Source of the DNA: Lingula anatina | Taxonomy: Eukaryota > Animalia > Brachiopoda | Length of the DNA: 64,000 bases | Direction: 5' to 3' | Assembly: GCA_051362555.1 (NCBI GenBank) | Contig: CM120647.1 | Span: 19,382,651 to 19,446,650, forward strand | The notes under the pieces: model-generated | Databases searched by the model: none | What the model saw: the letters and a program-made list of their open reading frames with translations, nothing else | What the model was told of the DNA's origin: nothing | Made by a program: the position numbers and the translations under genes | Shown: in pieces, positions 62,277 to 64,000 of the stretch | How the letters are laid out: each line of letters starts with the position of its first letter | How positions within the stretch are numbered: position 1 is the first letter of the stretch

Positions 62277-63368
62277 AAATAATGCGCTTCGAAGACTAAT
62301 ATGCTTTCTCCCAGCAAAAACGCCACGTTCGGATCACGTGGTTAGCACGTTGCTATCACATTATAACCTCAAAGCAACGTGCTAGCCACGTGATCCAAAC
62401 GTGACGTGTCTGCTGGGTTTCCTGCTTTATGTAGGCGAGTTTCTGAGGTCCTTTGAAAGTCGCCCTCTTACAGTGAGTGTGAGTGCACGATCATGACAGC
62501 TGCATGCTGACTGCAGAAATGTAGCTTTTCAGTTGCCAAAGAATTCAGGGTGAATCTTAGCAAATTTTATAGAATAGCATGCATACCGTTATTATGGTAT
62601 AAGGATAAACAGTGTAAAGGGAGCTCGCCATAATCCTTACCACGTGTACACTGCAAGCAGTAAGGCAGGTGCAGTTATCGCTGCCTGGAGATAGCGCCAG
62701 TGTCGGAGGGCGTAGGCAATACCAGAAGCCCCGCAGCTTCCAGCGGCATAGAAAAAATGCATGATGATCCCAGCGAACATTCTCTTTTTGGGCCCTACGA
62801 CTTCCATTCCTGGAACAAAAGATGGGAATGTAAATACTCACCATTAAGATATTTTGCATGATAAGTGAGAAGAACAGACCATTCCCAAAAACAAAACACG
62901 TGGGTTACTTAATTTTTCATTTTTTTCATTTTTCAAAATTTGCATCAAAAGAACACCACGATTATCAAATTATCAAGAGTGAGCAGATTTGAGCACTGTC
63001 TGTGGGGAAACGAAGAAACAAAAAAGAAAGTAAAGGCATGTTAAAGATACCATCTATAAAACCTCAGGCATTTTGCTTCGAAATATGACAGTCCGTTAGT
63101 GCAAACCACATGACGTCACTTGCAAACTATATGACGTCACTTACAATCCATATGACGTCACTAGTAAGCCACATCTATGCGTTTTGTCTCCCTAGCTATC
63201 AGCTAGAACTTACCAAATAAGAACGACGTTATGTATGCCCCGCTGGAGGATGCTCCGATAAGAAATCTAAACAGGATCGCTGTAACTGCATTTGGCGAAA
63301 ATGTTGAAGCGAGCCCAGAAGCGCTGAGAAACAGTAAGGCACAGCCCAAAGCGGTGCGACGTCCTAGC
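59739..63368 (-). CDS. SLC22: SLC22-family transporter copy 2 (tandem paralog; last 6 exons only)
   Basis: Exons 63368-63214, 62809-62641, 61809-61585, 60966-60743, 60507-60323, 59966-59739. Exons 4-8 have the same sizes as in copy 1; the last is one codon shorter. Highly similar, no stops seen. Exons 1-3 are not in the window. Confidence 0.88.
61009..61330. mobile_element. Short Helentron-type element, present only in SLC22 copy 2 intron 6
   Basis: aactaaaaaattcactcagagagcgcagacctccgccaagg...gacagacacac...aacataacctc; absent at the paralogous site (~52485-52500). Confidence 0.65.
62183..62273. repeat. (TA)n microsatellite
   Basis: Direct inspection. Other TA runs at 50301-50361 and 54860-54900. 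Confidence 0.9.
62310..62417. mobile_element. 108-bp hairpin MITE with CCCAGCA/TGCTGGG termini (CACTA/EnSpm-like ends)
   Basis: Near-perfect fold-back (ggatcacgtggttagcacgttgct / agcaacgtgctagccacgtgatcc); absent from the copy 1 intron at ~53427. Confidence 0.75.
63111..63160. promoter_or_regulatory. Three full CRE palindromes at 21-bp spacing, SLC22 copy 2 intron 4
   Basis: TGACGTCA at 63111, 63132 and 63153. Confidence 0.55.
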
Positions 63369-64000
63369 CTACAATAAATCCAACGCTTGCAAAATGTAGT
63401 TAGGTGTTTGTTGCATTGAAAGCAATGCTTAGAATGGGTGGAATTCTCTAGGTGTCGTATATGAGCCAGATACCTCCAATGGTTTTATTGAAGCCATCCA
63501 TTTGATGTGATGTAAGCCATTTAATGACCAGATATACCTCATATGTTATCATATCTTATTCATCGTCTTCATATCTTATTTCAATCTGTTGTCTTTTTCA
63601 TTTCAGTCTTTAAAACGTTAAAAGAACTATGAAATCAGTGTTAATCCACTCCTAAGGGAGCATTCAGATTCTGACATCGTACCAGCTGATTCGATACAAC
63701 TTAACCAAGCGCACACGTAAATGTATTACCCCCTAGCTGCTGAAGGGGTCGTGACAGAAAATAAAGGCGATTATATTGACTGCACTTTAGCACGGCTTCC
63801 TGCAGAGATGGATCGACCAAGCTGGTACGATATCTGAATCTGCTCCCCTTGTTCTAACAATCCAGAAAAAACAAAATGAGTATAATAGCAATGTCCCAAA
63901 TATTTATAGCAAGGTTGGGATCGACCTTTGCTGAATTTGTTTAAAAATCGCAAATCGCTTCTCAATAGACTAGATTTTCCCCATGTCCCACACATAAAGG

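Overview
AT-rich, intron-rich animal genomic DNA, probably from a mollusc-like lophotrochozoan (inferred from the H1 sequence and repeat types). No prokaryotic features. Host genes: (i) a signal-peptide JmjC/cupin-like gene on the - strand (7 exons seen, 21258->7897, continuing off the left edge); (ii) head-to-head with it, a complete 9-exon platelet-activating-factor acetylhydrolase gene (+, 21930-43592); (iii) a solitary replication-dependent-type histone H1 gene (47131-47709); (iv) two tandem SLC22-type organic cation transporter paralogs on the - strand, one complete and one cut by the right edge or an insertion. Mobile DNA dominates the introns: an ORF-intact APE-RT LINE, four large Helentron-associated (HINE-like) elements carrying ~161-bp satellite monomers (all inside the JmjC gene), an Academ-like foldback element, several MITEs and a very young Gypsy-type LTR element. 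The most striking structure is in that LTR element, which sits 82 bp into PAF-AH intron 1. It encodes only gag-protease (no RT, RNase H or integrase), and its gag carries an apparently perfect 750-bp inverted duplication with a 12-nt loop. That could be a host-transcribed long hairpin against its own family ('Mu killer'-like), or an assembly fold-back artefact that needs read-level checking. All coordinates were read by eye; no database searches were run.
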